Below, piece by piece: positions 40,914-50,535 of a stretch of 64,000 nt of DNA. The stretch lies in IMG/VR virus record IMGVR_UViG_3300010231_000003, positions 1-64,000 of that record. The stretch is one strand, 5' to 3'. Made by a program: the position numbers and the translations under genes. Numbering within the stretch: the first letter of the stretch is position 1; each line of letters starts with the position of its first letter. The stretch is from a virus. Under the pieces are notes generated by a model that was not told the origin of the DNA, made no database searches, and worked only from the letters and a program-made list of their open reading frames with translations.

Positions 40914-40942
40914 TTGCATTCGTAGTGCTACCTACGTATAAT
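40914..40942 (+). promoter_or_regulatory. sigma70-type promoter
   Basis: TTGCAT-tcgtagtgctacctacg(17)-TATAAT. Confidence 0.65.
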
Positions 40943-40967
40943 GGCTGAATTCAACAACGGAGTGCAT

Positions 40968-41495
40968 ATGAAACCCCTTAAAGCTAGAGTTAGTAAATGT
41001 TCATACGGGTCGTACACGGCCAGCCTCAGTAACAGGCCAGTAGCGACGTACCACGACGAGTCAGACGCGGCGGACTGGCTCCAATACATGCTATCTAACG
41101 GATGTGTCATTTCACAACACTCGTGTGTGAAACCTTCTGGTGCTATGCCAACAGGTTACAAAGCAGAACGCTGCGAGAGAGATTTGAAGATCGGAACGGA
41201 GTGGAAGGCTAACCATCCAGCTAGGGGTATCACTCCTGAACAATACCGGGAGAATTGTCAAATTTCACGTATCAGAGCCAGAGTCGAGGCCGAAGACAAG
41301 CAAGCCGGCGAGCAACGACTGAAAGATGCTGGTTGGAATGACACAGTAGAAATGCTCAGGGTTCTGCTCGGGTACAACGACGAAACAAACCCATACTCAA
41401 TGGATAAATTCAACGAAGACCTAGCCAAGTTGCGGGCGAAACGGAATCAGATCGCAGCGGGAACAGCTTGCGTAGGTAGCGCTTCTTCCATATAA
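40968..41495 (+). CDS. hypothetical protein
   Basis: Start at ATG 40968 (MKPLKARVSK..). 175 aa, visibly AT-richer than its neighbours. Confidence 0.6.
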   Translation: MKPLKARVSKCSYGSYTASLSNRPVATYHDESDAADWLQYMLSNGCVISQHSCVKPSGAMPTGYKAERCERDLKIGTEWKANHPARGITPEQYRENCQISRIRARVEAEDKQAGEQRLKDAGWNDTVEMLRVLLGYNDETNPYSMDKFNEDLAKLRAKRNQIAAGTACVGSASSI

Positions 41496-41496
41496 T
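41468..41496 (+). promoter_or_regulatory. sigma70-type promoter inside the 3' end of the preceding gene
   Basis: TTGCGT-aggtagcgcttcttcca(17)-TATAAT, then leader cactaaccaaccaacggagaacaa. Confidence 0.6.
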
Positions 41497-41525
41497 ACTC
41501 TCACTAACCAACCAACGGAGAACAA

Positions 41526-43190
41526 ATGAAACCTACCGAACAACAACTGAACTGCATCGCTGCTGCAATCAAGCACATGATCGTGAAGATCGAGGCAGGC
41601 GCAGGCAGTGGTAAGACCAGTACGCTCAAGCTCGTGTCCGAAGAGCTGGACCAATCGTCCCTATACATCGCCTTCAACAAGGTGACTGCTACGGAAGCAT
41701 CCGAGAAGTTCCCGAGCCACGTGACGTGCAAGACCACTCACAGTCTCGCATTCGCCAAGTTCGGCCGTGCGCTGATGGACAAGCTGAACCGTCCGAAGGG
41801 TGGCTACGTCAACGTCGCCTTCACTGGCACGGAAATCGCCCGCTTCTACAAGATCGGCTGCATCATGGACATGCAACTGGGAACGCTCGCTACCACTGAA
41901 AACGCTATCGGCCTGTTCGTGCGTCAAACTGTGGAACGCTTCGAGCAATCCGCAGACACGGAAATCACGGAAAACCATCTGCCGCGATTCGACATGAAGA
42001 AGACGCTGGATGCCGATCCCTCGTCCGGAGCCTACGTCCTTCGTCTCGCAAAGCGTCTGTGGCAGGATCGTATCGATCCGGGTAGCCCTGTGCTGGCAAC
42101 GCACGATACGTACCTGAAGCAGTTCCAGCTCAGCAAACCGCGTCTGCCGTACAACATCATCTATCTGGACGAAGCGCAGGATAGCACGCCTTGCGTACTG
42201 GACATCGTGATGACGCAAGCGCAGAAGGGTGCGAAGATCATCCTCGTGGGCGACCGCCGACAGGCAATCTACGGATGGCGTGGTGCGATCAACGCCATGA
42301 CCCGTATCGAAGGCCACAGCGAGTTCCTGACGAAGAGCTTCCGCTTCGGCCAAGGCGTGGCTGACGTTGCTACCGCTGTCCTGCAAGGTCTGATGAAGCT
42401 GACGGGCCGGGATGACATGCCCTCGACTATCGGCCGTGGCGTGGTGGATCGTACGAAGCCTTACATGTACCTGTTCCGTACGAACTCGGGTCTGCTGTAC
42501 GCTGCTGTGGCTGCAATTTCGAAGGGCGAGAACATCCGTCTCGAAATCGACGTGAAAGACTTCCTCCGCCTGCTGGAGTCGGCGTACGCGCTGTCTAAGG
42601 GCGACATGCGGAACGTCAAGCACGAGAACATCCTTCCGTACCCGACGTGGCAAGAGTACAAGGAAGAGGCGGAGAAGATGACTGGCGAGATGAAGCGCAT
42701 CGTCAACATCATCGAAGGCGGTGACTACTTCCGCTTCGTACGTACGTTGGAAGGGTTCCATAACCCGGCTAACGCTCCAATCGTGTACACTACGGCCCAC
42801 AAGTCGAAGGGTCGTGAGCACGATCAGGTGTTGCTGGCGGATGATTTCCCAAGCCACTACGACGGCGGTGATTGGGTAGGACTGAACGAGATGGAACAGA
42901 ACCTTCTGTACGTCGCTGTTACCCGTGCAATGCGTGTGCTGGAAATCAACGATTCGGTGCAGGAAGCGCTGGACTACTACGCAGACGGTCCTGAGCATCT
43001 GGACTCCGGCGAGCTGGAGTACCACAAGATCGCAGCAGCGTACGACAACGGCGACCTCGATCACGAAGATGACCGTGCTGCGTACGAGCACTACGTTGTC
43101 AACGGGGACAAGCCAAGGCTCATGCCTAGCCCTGATTTGCGGAGGGAGCTTCGGGACATGCAACGTGACTACGATTGGCAAGGGCTGTAA
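41526..43190 (+). CDS. UvrD/Rep-like superfamily 1 DNA helicase
   Basis: Walker A EAGAGSGKTST, YLDEAQD, GDRRQAIYGWRGA, TAHKSKGREHD motifs. 554 aa. Confidence 0.85.
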   Translation: MKPTEQQLNCIAAAIKHMIVKIEAGAGSGKTSTLKLVSEELDQSSLYIAFNKVTATEASEKFPSHVTCKTTHSLAFAKFGRALMDKLNRPKGGYVNVAFTGTEIARFYKIGCIMDMQLGTLATTENAIGLFVRQTVERFEQSADTEITENHLPRFDMKKTLDADPSSGAYVLRLAKRLWQDRIDPGSPVLATHDTYLKQFQLSKPRLPYNIIYLDEAQDSTPCVLDIVMTQAQKGAKIILVGDRRQAIYGWRGAINAMTRIEGHSEFLTKSFRFGQGVADVATAVLQGLMKLTGRDDMPSTIGRGVVDRTKPYMYLFRTNSGLLYAAVAAISKGENIRLEIDVKDFLRLLESAYALSKGDMRNVKHENILPYPTWQEYKEEAEKMTGEMKRIVNIIEGGDYFRFVRTLEGFHNPANAPIVYTTAHKSKGREHDQVLLADDFPSHYDGGDWVGLNEMEQNLLYVAVTRAMRVLEINDSVQEALDYYADGPEHLDSGELEYHKIAAAYDNGDLDHEDDRAAYEHYVVNGDKPRLMPSPDLRRELRDMQRDYDWQGL

Positions 43191-43282
43191 TGTGCAGACC
43201 CACGAAGAGTGGGTTTCTGCGAGGGTTGCAGAGGGTTATACCGATGCAGAGATAGAAACACTACCATTTTAAGGAGAGAAAT

Positions 43283-43477
43283 ATGGCAACGAAGTACATG
43301 ATGGTTCGTAAGACGAAGAGCGGTAAATGGCGTCCGTGCTGGCTTGACGACGACTCCGGCAGGAACGTCGAAGGTGGGGCCACTACGGACAAATTCAACG
43401 CCGAACGCCAGCGGAGGGCGATGGCAAAAACATACCCGCAGCACACGTACGCACTGCTTGAACTGCCGGAGGACTAA
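43283..43477 (+). CDS. hypothetical small protein
   Basis: 64 aa, RBS taaggagagaaat. Confidence 0.6.
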   Translation: MATKYMMVRKTKSGKWRPCWLDDDSGRNVEGGATTDKFNAERQRRAMAKTYPQHTYALLELPED

Positions 43478-43480
43478 GCT

Positions 43481-45997
43481 ATGGGATTGCGTGTAATCTG
43501 GGACACGGAGGCTAAAAACCTCCTGAACTCGGAGTCGATTGACTACACGGCCTCCCCGTACTGCCTGAAAGACCCGGAGTTTATGCACTGCGCCGGGTTC
43601 GTTGATGCCGACTCAGAAGACGAGTGGTTCTTCGGACCCGAAGACGTACGCAAGGGCAAACACATCGAGTTCATCATGAACGAAGTGGACGAACTGATCG
43701 GTCACAATACGATCAGCTACGACCATTTGCTCTTGAAGCTCTATGACGGGTTGAACTACTCCATCGGCTGTAAGGCTCTGGGAATCCCTGATACGGTTAC
43801 GTACAAAGGTAAGACCAAGGCTGTCAAGATTACCGATACGCTCGTGATGTCGAAGACGCTCAACCCTGACCGTCCTCAACACAGCATCGAGTACTTCGGT
43901 AGCGTGCTGGGGCTGGAGAAGATCAACTGGCGTGCGAAGGCTGTAGAGCTGGGCCTGATCGAAGCGAACGCTCCGAAAGGGCAGGAATTCCGCGTGTACC
44001 ACGAAGAGATGGGTGTGTACATGATGCGAGACTGCCACGTCAACAAGCGGGTGTATCGCTGGCTGATGCGGGAATGGGGCGACTGGGACTGGGATGATGC
44101 GTACGAGCTGGAGAAATCCGTAGCGGAAATCATCACTCGACAGGAGCACCGTGGCTTCAAGTTCAACAAGTTCAAGGCTATCGAGAACGTTCGATTCCTC
44201 GACGCGAAGATGGAAGAGCTACGGGCAACCGTGGAGCCGCTCATCCCTCCGAAACCGTTGACGAAGGGTAAGCTGGCGGATGTCACGCCGACGAAGAAGC
44301 AGTTCAAGAACAACGGGGAGCCCGTCAGCCACATGTTCAACTTCGCCAAGCGTCACGGCGGATCGTTGTACGAGGAATCGGGCGACTGGTATCTGGAAGT
44401 GTTCGGTAAGAAGCACAAGCTACCTATCCCGAACGAACCGTTGTTCACGACTGAACCGGCAAGGCTGGACGATACGTTGCACATCAAGCAATGGCTCGTG
44501 GAGCTGGGCTGGAACCCTACGCAGTATAAGGAACGTGACCTAACGGTAGACAGCAAGAAGAAGAAGATCACGAAGGAAAAGTTCGTGGAGGCTGTGACGA
44601 AGTGGGTTGACCAGACCTTTGATAGCCCGTTCAAAGCGGACAGGCTGGAAGAGCTGGAATACTCGCCGCGTGTGAGCAAAGAGTTCGTGCTGAAGAAGCT
44701 GTTGGCCCACGACCATATCAAGCGTCCGCTGAAGGTTTATACGAACCCTACGCTGACTATCGGTATGGAGAAGGAGATTGACCCGGAGCTGCTGAAGCTG
44801 TCGGAGAAGTTCGCGTATGCCAAGGAGATTTCGCACTACCTGACGTACAAGCATCGACGTAACAGTATCTTGGGTGGAGGTATCGACCCGGACGACGACG
44901 AAGACATGCAGAAGGGTTGGATGTCCGTTGACCGTCTCGACGTTGACGGCCGTATCCCAACGCCTGCTGACACGTGCGGAGCCGCTACGAGCCGTTTTAA
45001 ACACCGTCTGGTGTGTAACGTGCCGCGTGTGTCTTCGATGTACGGCTACGAGATGCGGGAGTTGTTCGGAACGGACGAATTCTTCTACCAGATGGGCTAC
45101 GACTTCGACTCTCTTGAAGCGAAGGTGGAAGCACACTATACTTACCGTTATCCGGGCGGTCCCGAGTACGGCGTGTCGCTGACGGCTGAGAAGCCGAACG
45201 ACTGTCACTCTGTTCTCGCTGCCAAGATCACGGACATTCTGGGACGTAAGTTCCCTCGTTCGACTGCAAAGAGCGTGAAGTACGGTTGCTCGTACAATGC
45301 GCAGATTCCACGTATCGCTAAGACCGTGGGCTGCTCGATTGAAGAAGCTACCATCATCTTCAACACGTTCTGGGAGCAAGCGTTCCCGCTGAAGCAGTTG
45401 AAAGAGGCAATGCAAGCGTACTGGGAGTCCACAGGCGGGAAGAAATTCCTGCTGGGTATTGACGGACGTAAGCTTCCTATCCGTGCTAAGGGCAACGTGA
45501 TTAACACTGCGTTCCAAAGCTGCGGCGTTATCTGCGCAAAGAGGGCGATGGTGCTGCACGACCGTTACCTGAAGGCTGAAGGGCTGTCCGTGGACTTCTT
45601 CGTGGACGACTGGAAGGCCAAGCTGGAAGAGAAGGATCAGTTCGCACAACAACTCATCGCTTACCACGACGAGGCACAGTGCGAGGTAACGAAGTCGAGC
45701 GTGACGTTCAAGCTGTTCAAGTTCGAAGGTCCAATGGAAGTAGAAAACGAGAAGGGCGAGATGGAACTGTCCGAATCCGCAGCAGCCGCTAAGAAGGCTT
45801 GTAAGGCTTTTAAAGAGGCGCAGACGGACAAGGTATGGTCTGATATCGGCCACACCGATAAATGCTTCTACGTGGCCTATAATCGAGCCGGAGAGCTTGC
45901 TACGAAGGCCGTTACGGACGCAGGTAAGTACTACAAGCTGAAAGCGGAGCTGACGGCTGGCTACATGATTGGAACTAATTGGGCCACGACTCACTGA
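43481..45997 (+). CDS. family A DNA polymerase with an N-terminal 3'-5' exonuclease
   Basis: Exo I VIWDTEA, motif A DFDSLEA, motif B RSTAKSVKYGCSYNA, motif C AYHDEAQ. 838 aa. Confidence 0.9.
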   Translation: MGLRVIWDTEAKNLLNSESIDYTASPYCLKDPEFMHCAGFVDADSEDEWFFGPEDVRKGKHIEFIMNEVDELIGHNTISYDHLLLKLYDGLNYSIGCKALGIPDTVTYKGKTKAVKITDTLVMSKTLNPDRPQHSIEYFGSVLGLEKINWRAKAVELGLIEANAPKGQEFRVYHEEMGVYMMRDCHVNKRVYRWLMREWGDWDWDDAYELEKSVAEIITRQEHRGFKFNKFKAIENVRFLDAKMEELRATVEPLIPPKPLTKGKLADVTPTKKQFKNNGEPVSHMFNFAKRHGGSLYEESGDWYLEVFGKKHKLPIPNEPLFTTEPARLDDTLHIKQWLVELGWNPTQYKERDLTVDSKKKKITKEKFVEAVTKWVDQTFDSPFKADRLEELEYSPRVSKEFVLKKLLAHDHIKRPLKVYTNPTLTIGMEKEIDPELLKLSEKFAYAKEISHYLTYKHRRNSILGGGIDPDDDEDMQKGWMSVDRLDVDGRIPTPADTCGAATSRFKHRLVCNVPRVSSMYGYEMRELFGTDEFFYQMGYDFDSLEAKVEAHYTYRYPGGPEYGVSLTAEKPNDCHSVLAAKITDILGRKFPRSTAKSVKYGCSYNAQIPRIAKTVGCSIEEATIIFNTFWEQAFPLKQLKEAMQAYWESTGGKKFLLGIDGRKLPIRAKGNVINTAFQSCGVICAKRAMVLHDRYLKAEGLSVDFFVDDWKAKLEEKDQFAQQLIAYHDEAQCEVTKSSVTFKLFKFEGPMEVENEKGEMELSESAAAAKKACKAFKEAQTDKVWSDIGHTDKCFYVAYNRAGELATKAVTDAGKYYKLKAELTAGYMIGTNWATTH

Positions 45998-46440
45998 TGA
46001 AAACTTGTACAGTGTGTCGGGAGTTGAAGCCTCTGACGGAATACTGGGCAAACAAGAGGTCTGCGGACGGGTTGAATTACAGGTGCAAACACTGTGATAC
46101 ACACGCCCGTAAGACTTCGCGTAGCAGTAAAGGTTCGGAAGGTACTCGCTACGGGTATCGCCGGAGGGCTTTGCTGTCTAAGTACGGTATAACGATGGAG
46201 CAATACGAAGAGATGTTTCGAAATCAGGGAGGTCGATGTGCAGTTTGTGGCACAGATAACCCTGTGGGCGAAGGTAACACTACGTCACGTGAGACGTTCT
46301 CGTTTGCAGTAGACCACTGCCATGCTACAGGCAAGGTGCGTGGACTGCTGTGCAACCCATGTAATCGTGGGATCGGGTTTCTGAAGGACAGTGCTGAGCT
46401 GCTTGATAAGGCATCAGCTTATTTGCAAAGGAGTAGTTGA
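45997..46440 (+). CDS. HNH endonuclease (endonuclease VII family)
   Basis: CAVCG..VDHCHATGKVRGLLCNPCNRGIG. ATG overlaps the polymerase stop. Confidence 0.8.
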   Translation: MKTCTVCRELKPLTEYWANKRSADGLNYRCKHCDTHARKTSRSSKGSEGTRYGYRRRALLSKYGITMEQYEEMFRNQGGRCAVCGTDNPVGEGNTTSRETFSFAVDHCHATGKVRGLLCNPCNRGIGFLKDSAELLDKASAYLQRSS

Positions 46441-46441
46441 A

Positions 46442-46588
46442 ATGTTTTTGAATGACGAGTATTATGAAGGTAAGCGTGCGTACCGGGAAGGCTACGGACA
46501 CGACGAGAATCCGTACCAAGATGGCACAACTGAAGCCAGCGATTGGACGGATGGCTGGGAAGACGCCGAAGGCGAAACAACGATGTAA
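46442..46588 (+). CDS. hypothetical acidic small protein (48 aa)
   Basis: MFLNDEYYEGKRAYREGYGHDENPYQDG.. after aaaggagtagttgaa. Confidence 0.5.
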   Translation: MFLNDEYYEGKRAYREGYGHDENPYQDGTTEASDWTDGWEDAEGETTM

Positions 46589-46596
46589 AATAGTTG

Positions 46597-46625
46597 TTGA
46601 CAGGTAGGATAAGAAGCAGTACTAT
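46597..46625 (+). promoter_or_regulatory. sigma70-type promoter
   Basis: TTGACA-ggtaggataagaagcag(17)-TACTAT, followed by the CA-rich leader. Confidence 0.65.
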
Positions 46626-46657
46626 CTTACCTGTCGCAACCAACCAAGGAGAAAGAA

Positions 46658-46834
46658 ATGTTCGGAATGATCGGTAAGCTGGCGAAAGCCACTGTTGGCG
46701 CAGTCGTGGAAACCCCGATTGCTGTTGTCGCAGATGTCGTCACCCTCGGCTGTGCCCTGAACGACCGTAAGGAGCCTTACACCGCTACGGCGGTGCAGAA
46801 GGTTGTAAAAAATGTGCAGGACTCGACCAAGTAA
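46658..46834 (+). CDS. hypothetical small protein (58 aa)
   Basis: Not in the ORF track. MFGMIGKLAKATVGAVVETPIAVVADVV.. after caaccaaccaaggagaaagaa. Confidence 0.6.
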   Translation: MFGMIGKLAKATVGAVVETPIAVVADVVTLGCALNDRKEPYTATAVQKVVKNVQDSTK

Positions 46835-46845
46835 GGAGAAACAAA

Positions 46846-47022
46846 ATGAACAAATTCGAAGCAACCCATAAGTACGTTACCGCCGACTCCAACGTCGTAG
46901 CGTTCAAGGTCGGGGACGAGCTTCAACGCCTCCGCGATTCCCGCTATGAGGGCGTCAGCTATTTCGTCAACGCCGCTGGCAAACACCAGTACGTCAGCGA
47001 CGACTGCGTGGAGGCCATCTAA
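46846..47022 (+). CDS. hypothetical small protein (58 aa)
   Basis: Not in the ORF track. MNKFEATHKYVTADSNVVAFKVGDEL.. after taaggagaaacaaa. Its stop overlaps the next ATG. Confidence 0.6.
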   Translation: MNKFEATHKYVTADSNVVAFKVGDELQRLRDSRYEGVSYFVNAAGKHQYVSDDCVEAI

Positions 47023-47315
47023 TGGGACAGGCTAAACAGCGTGGCACGTTCGAACAACGTGTGGAGCAGTCCCGTGTCAAGTGGGAGCAGGGTATCGAAG
47101 TAACGAAGAAGGAAATCCAAGAGATGGAAGCGCTGGAGCAACGCCAGCTCGACGCTCTCGGACGCTTCGTGAACAACCAAGTGCTCCCGCATATGGAACG
47201 CCAACACGGTGCCCTGATGCGTGCCGATTTCTCGCTGGTGGATATGCCGGTGACGAAGATGTCGCAGGAACAAGCGATGGCGGAAGCCCTCAAAAAAGCA
47301 GCAAAAAGTGTTTGA
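47022..47315 (+). CDS. hypothetical protein
   Basis: 97 aa, translationally coupled to the upstream gene. Confidence 0.6.
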   Translation: MGQAKQRGTFEQRVEQSRVKWEQGIEVTKKEIQEMEALEQRQLDALGRFVNNQVLPHMERQHGALMRADFSLVDMPVTKMSQEQAMAEALKKAAKSV

Positions 47316-47340
47316 CAATCCGTACGTAGTGCTCCATAAT
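47312..47340 (+). promoter_or_regulatory. sigma70-type promoter
   Basis: TTGACA-atccgtacgtagtgctc(17)-CATAAT, followed by the CA-rich leader. Confidence 0.6.
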
Positions 47341-47373
47341 AACACTACCTACTAACCAACCAAGGAGAAACAA

Positions 47374-48351
47374 ATGAAGAAATTTTTCGCTGGTATCATT
47401 CTGTCACTGGCAACCGTTGCAGCTCTGGCAATGCCCCGTCCATCGGACATCGAGAACGCTCTGGCAGCTCGCGACTACCAATCGGCCAAGTCGATGACGC
47501 AAGAAGTGCTGCGTGAGCGTCCGGACAGTGCGAAAGCACACCTGTTCAACGCCTACGTGCTGCTGAAAGCAGATAACGACCGTCAAGGTGCGGCTGCTGA
47601 ACTGAAGACGGCACGGATGCTCGACAAGAACCACAGCGTCCAGAACTCGGCCCTGTTCGGCCGGATGACGGCGGAGCTGGAGCGTACTCCGAACCCGGTC
47701 CAACGGATGGCTCCTTCCCAACGGCGATACGAACCTGCCCCGGTGGCAACGTACACCGAAGTGAAACCGGCTGGTGGTAGTGGTATCATGACCGTGCTGA
47801 AGTGGTTGTTCTGGGCGACCATCATCGGCCTGATCGTGTACTTCATCTACAAAGTGTGGCAGAATAGTCGTCAGGTAGTGGTGCATAACTCGGTGGAATC
47901 GTGGGCACGCACGCCAGTAGAACCGCTCCGTACGGAACGCCTGTACACGAACCAAGGCCGTACTTACGACGCTCCGCCGCATCCTGTGTACCCTTCGGCC
48001 CCGGTGGCTGTTCAACCGGCAGTGGTCCAGCCGAGCACGGTGGTGGTGCATGACAACGGAGCGAACAACCTGATGACGGGTATGATGCTGAACGAAATGA
48101 TGCACAGCCATCACCATCATCACGATTCGTACGGTCATGGCCATGATCGAATCATCGAACGTCAAACGTACGTGGAAGCAGCACCGGCCTACCAGCCTTC
48201 GTACCCTAGCGATACGACCGACTACGAAACGAAACGTTCCTCGTACTCGTCCGGGAGTGATGATAGCTGGTTCAGCTCGTCGTCCAGTTCGTCCTCGTCT
48301 TCCAGCAGCGACTGGAGTTCGTCGGACAGCGGTGGCGGTTCGTGGGATTAA
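47374..48351 (+). CDS. secreted/membrane protein with a TPR-like N-domain, one TM helix, a His-rich patch and a poly-Ser tail
   Basis: Signal peptide, TM WLFWATIIGLIVYFIY, then MHSHHHHHDSYGHGHD and SSSSSSSSSSSDWSSSDSGGGSWD. Confidence 0.7.
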   Translation: MKKFFAGIILSLATVAALAMPRPSDIENALAARDYQSAKSMTQEVLRERPDSAKAHLFNAYVLLKADNDRQGAAAELKTARMLDKNHSVQNSALFGRMTAELERTPNPVQRMAPSQRRYEPAPVATYTEVKPAGGSGIMTVLKWLFWATIIGLIVYFIYKVWQNSRQVVVHNSVESWARTPVEPLRTERLYTNQGRTYDAPPHPVYPSAPVAVQPAVVQPSTVVVHDNGANNLMTGMMLNEMMHSHHHHHDSYGHGHDRIIERQTYVEAAPAYQPSYPSDTTDYETKRSSYSSGSDDSWFSSSSSSSSSSSSDWSSSDSGGGSWD

Positions 48352-48701
48352 TGGCAACAAAAGCTAAACGCAGGGACTATCTTCGGATGGTCCTAGCAGC
48401 AAGTCAGGTAGTGATGCGTAGCAGGCTTGGGACACTTTCTAACCAAAGTAAATCTGGCGAAGATGAGTACGTTCTGATAGAATTCTCAAACGCGGCGACC
48501 TTCAAAAAAGGGTTCCCGAAGGGATACATAGTAGAGCGTACTAGCACTACCAACGTTCATAAGATACATGCCGTAAGACTGCTTGACTGGCTGCACGAAA
48601 ACGGATATAGTGCTTACACTGCTAAGCAGCTAGTGCAACAAACCAAGGACTACGAACGGTTGGAAGCCTCAATCGAACGGATGTTCACCCAAACCAACTG
48701 A
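48351..48701 (+). CDS. hypothetical protein
   Basis: ATG overlaps the upstream TAA. 116 aa, AT-richer than its neighbours. Confidence 0.55.
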   Translation: MATKAKRRDYLRMVLAASQVVMRSRLGTLSNQSKSGEDEYVLIEFSNAATFKKGFPKGYIVERTSTTNVHKIHAVRLLDWLHENGYSAYTAKQLVQQTKDYERLEASIERMFTQTN

Positions 48702-48715
48702 AAAGGAGAAACAAA

Positions 48716-49162
48716 ATGACCCGTAACTTCATCGTAGGCCAACTCGCTGCAACCCGCTTCGCTGAAACCGCTGCACGTATGCAAGCTGGCGAAGAACTCG
48801 ACCTCGACAAAGTCGTCAGCCAGATCGGCCGTATTACTTCCATCGACGGTACGAACGTCACGATCAAGAGCGCTGACGGCACTGTGGGAACGCATGACGC
48901 TTCGGCACTGGTGGATGTCGTCCACTTCGATATCACCCAACCGATGAGCGGTTCCGTCGGTGGTAGCGGTTCGGTGTTCGCAATCGATCATCCGCTGCTT
49001 CCGGCAAATCAGTTCGTGACGACCTCGGAAATCAAGTACATCATGGCTGACGGCAAGTTCGAAACCCGCAACACGCTGTACATCCCGAACCTGTACGACA
49101 TCTTCGGCCTCGGTATCAAGGAATTCATGGCGGAATCGCCGTACCTGACCGGCGAAGCATAA
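48716..49162 (+). CDS. hypothetical protein
   Basis: 148 aa, RBS aaaaggagaaacaaa. Confidence 0.65.
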   Translation: MTRNFIVGQLAATRFAETAARMQAGEELDLDKVVSQIGRITSIDGTNVTIKSADGTVGTHDASALVDVVHFDITQPMSGSVGGSGSVFAIDHPLLPANQFVTTSEIKYIMADGKFETRNTLYIPNLYDIFGLGIKEFMAESPYLTGEA

Positions 49163-49165
49163 AAC

Positions 49166-49194
49166 TTGACAAGTAGTACTACGTAATGTATGAT
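49166..49194 (+). promoter_or_regulatory. sigma70-type promoter
   Basis: TTGACA-agtagtactacgtaatg(17)-TATGAT. Confidence 0.7.
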
Positions 49195-49254
49195 AGCGGT
49201 TCTGGAGCAGACAATGCTCCGGCCGCAACCAACCAAATCTTAGGAGAGAAAATT

Positions 49255-49866
49255 ATGGAAATGTCCCTGCACCGCGTTATCGCTGAAATCAAAGCGACCG
49301 AACAAAAACTGAATCAGATTCAAAACGGCCACTTCGTCTTCACCGTCCCGGCTGACTCCGATGCCGATACGCTGGAAGCGAAACGCCTGTCCCAGTCGAA
49401 CTTCGACGGCATCCAAACGCTGCTGAAGAAGCTGGCGATCCTGAAGGCAGAACGCAACAAAGCGAACGCTACCACGAAAGTGAAGATCGCTGGCGTCGAG
49501 ATGACGATTGACGAAGCGCTGGCACGTAAGGCTGCTAACGTCTACCGTCTGACCTTCCTGAACACCCTGCGTGCTCAGATGAACACCGGCAAGGCCCGTG
49601 TCGATCAGGTCCAAGCGCAGATCGAAGCGAAGATTGCTCAGCAAGTTGCTGCTGCATCCGGTGGTACGAAGAAGGCCAGCGAAGAGGAAATCAAGGTCTT
49701 CCGCCAACTGGCAGAGCGTAACACGAAGATCGCTGTCGTCACGTTCGACGGCCTGAAGGACCAGATCGATGCAATCGCAAAAGAGCTGGAACAGTTCGCT
49801 ACCGAAGTGGATTACGTCCTGTTGGAAGCAAACGCTGTAACGAAGGTGGAAGTGAACCTTTCGTAA
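49255..49866 (+). CDS. hypothetical coiled-coil protein
   Basis: Start at ATG 49255 (MEMSLHRVIAEIK..) after taggagagaaaatt. 203 aa. Confidence 0.65.
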   Translation: MEMSLHRVIAEIKATEQKLNQIQNGHFVFTVPADSDADTLEAKRLSQSNFDGIQTLLKKLAILKAERNKANATTKVKIAGVEMTIDEALARKAANVYRLTFLNTLRAQMNTGKARVDQVQAQIEAKIAQQVAAASGGTKKASEEEIKVFRQLAERNTKIAVVTFDGLKDQIDAIAKELEQFATEVDYVLLEANAVTKVEVNLS

Positions 49867-49884
49867 TCAGCATGGGGCTTGTCC

Positions 49885-50255
49885 CCATTTAGTAGCAGAT
49901 GTACGTAGCAAAACAAGAATCTATCCCGTCATGTGGCCCTAGGACGGAAACTATGGGCCAGCCAACTATGCTAATGGATATAGCTATCAAAAGTTTGCTC
50001 GCGGTCGCCGGAGTGTGACGTGCCAGCCTAATGTTGAAGCTGAAAGTTTGACTCTAAAAGCTGAAAGGTTATGCTAACGACTGTGGGCCTGTGTTGTCGC
50101 ACGGTTAGCATCAAAGTTCAAGACGTAAAAGATTGAGCCCTCTACTATGGGCTTGGAGCTAAATGCTTGTTCAATCTTCCACAAAAGTTTTGATAGCCAA
50201 GGATGGAGCTTTATGTTTGATAGGAAGGTGCTACGTAGCGTCTGCTACTAAATGG
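49885..50255 (+). ncRNA. candidate large structured RNA (alternatively a MITE-like inverted-repeat element)
   Basis: A perfect 15-bp inverted repeat (49885-49899 / 50241-50255), extended by 49903-49910 / 50229-50236, closes about 340 nt. A nested 10-bp helix (49983-49992 / 50188-50197) and a local hairpin (50071-50078 / 50104-50111) lie inside. There is no ORF with an RBS. Strand is assumed from context. Confidence 0.4.
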
Positions 50256-50273
50256 CGATAACGTCATTACTTC

Positions 50274-50349
50274 GGGTCGTTAGCTCAGCGGATAGAGCAC
50301 GGGATTTCTACTCCCGGTGTCGTAGGTTTGAATCCTACACGACCTACCA
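50274..50349 (+). tRNA. tRNA-Arg(UCU)
   Basis: GGGTCGT TA GCTC AGCGGATA GAGC A CGGGA TTTCTAC TCCCG GTGTC GTAGG TTTGAAT CCTAC ACGACCT A CCA. Confidence 0.9.
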
Positions 50350-50375
50350 ACCAACCGTAACAAAAGGAGAGAACA

Positions 50376-50534
50376 ATGCAACGCAAAGAATTCATGTCTG
50401 CCGCTCAGACCCGTGCCATCGGCAACGCCCCGCGTACCCACGAGAACTGCATCCGCCTGTTGAAAGCTGCTGGCCTGCATCCGGTGGCTCGTCCGGGCAA
50501 GACGGCGAAAGACGCGGCTCGTAAGGCACGCTAA
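50376..50534 (+). CDS. hypothetical small basic protein (52 aa)
   Basis: Not in the ORF track. MQRKEFMSAAQTRAIGNAPRTHENCIRLLKAAGLHP.. after leader ctaccaaccaaccgtaacaaaaggagagaaca. Confidence 0.5.
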   Translation: MQRKEFMSAAQTRAIGNAPRTHENCIRLLKAAGLHPVARPGKTAKDAARKAR

Positions 50535-50535
50535 C

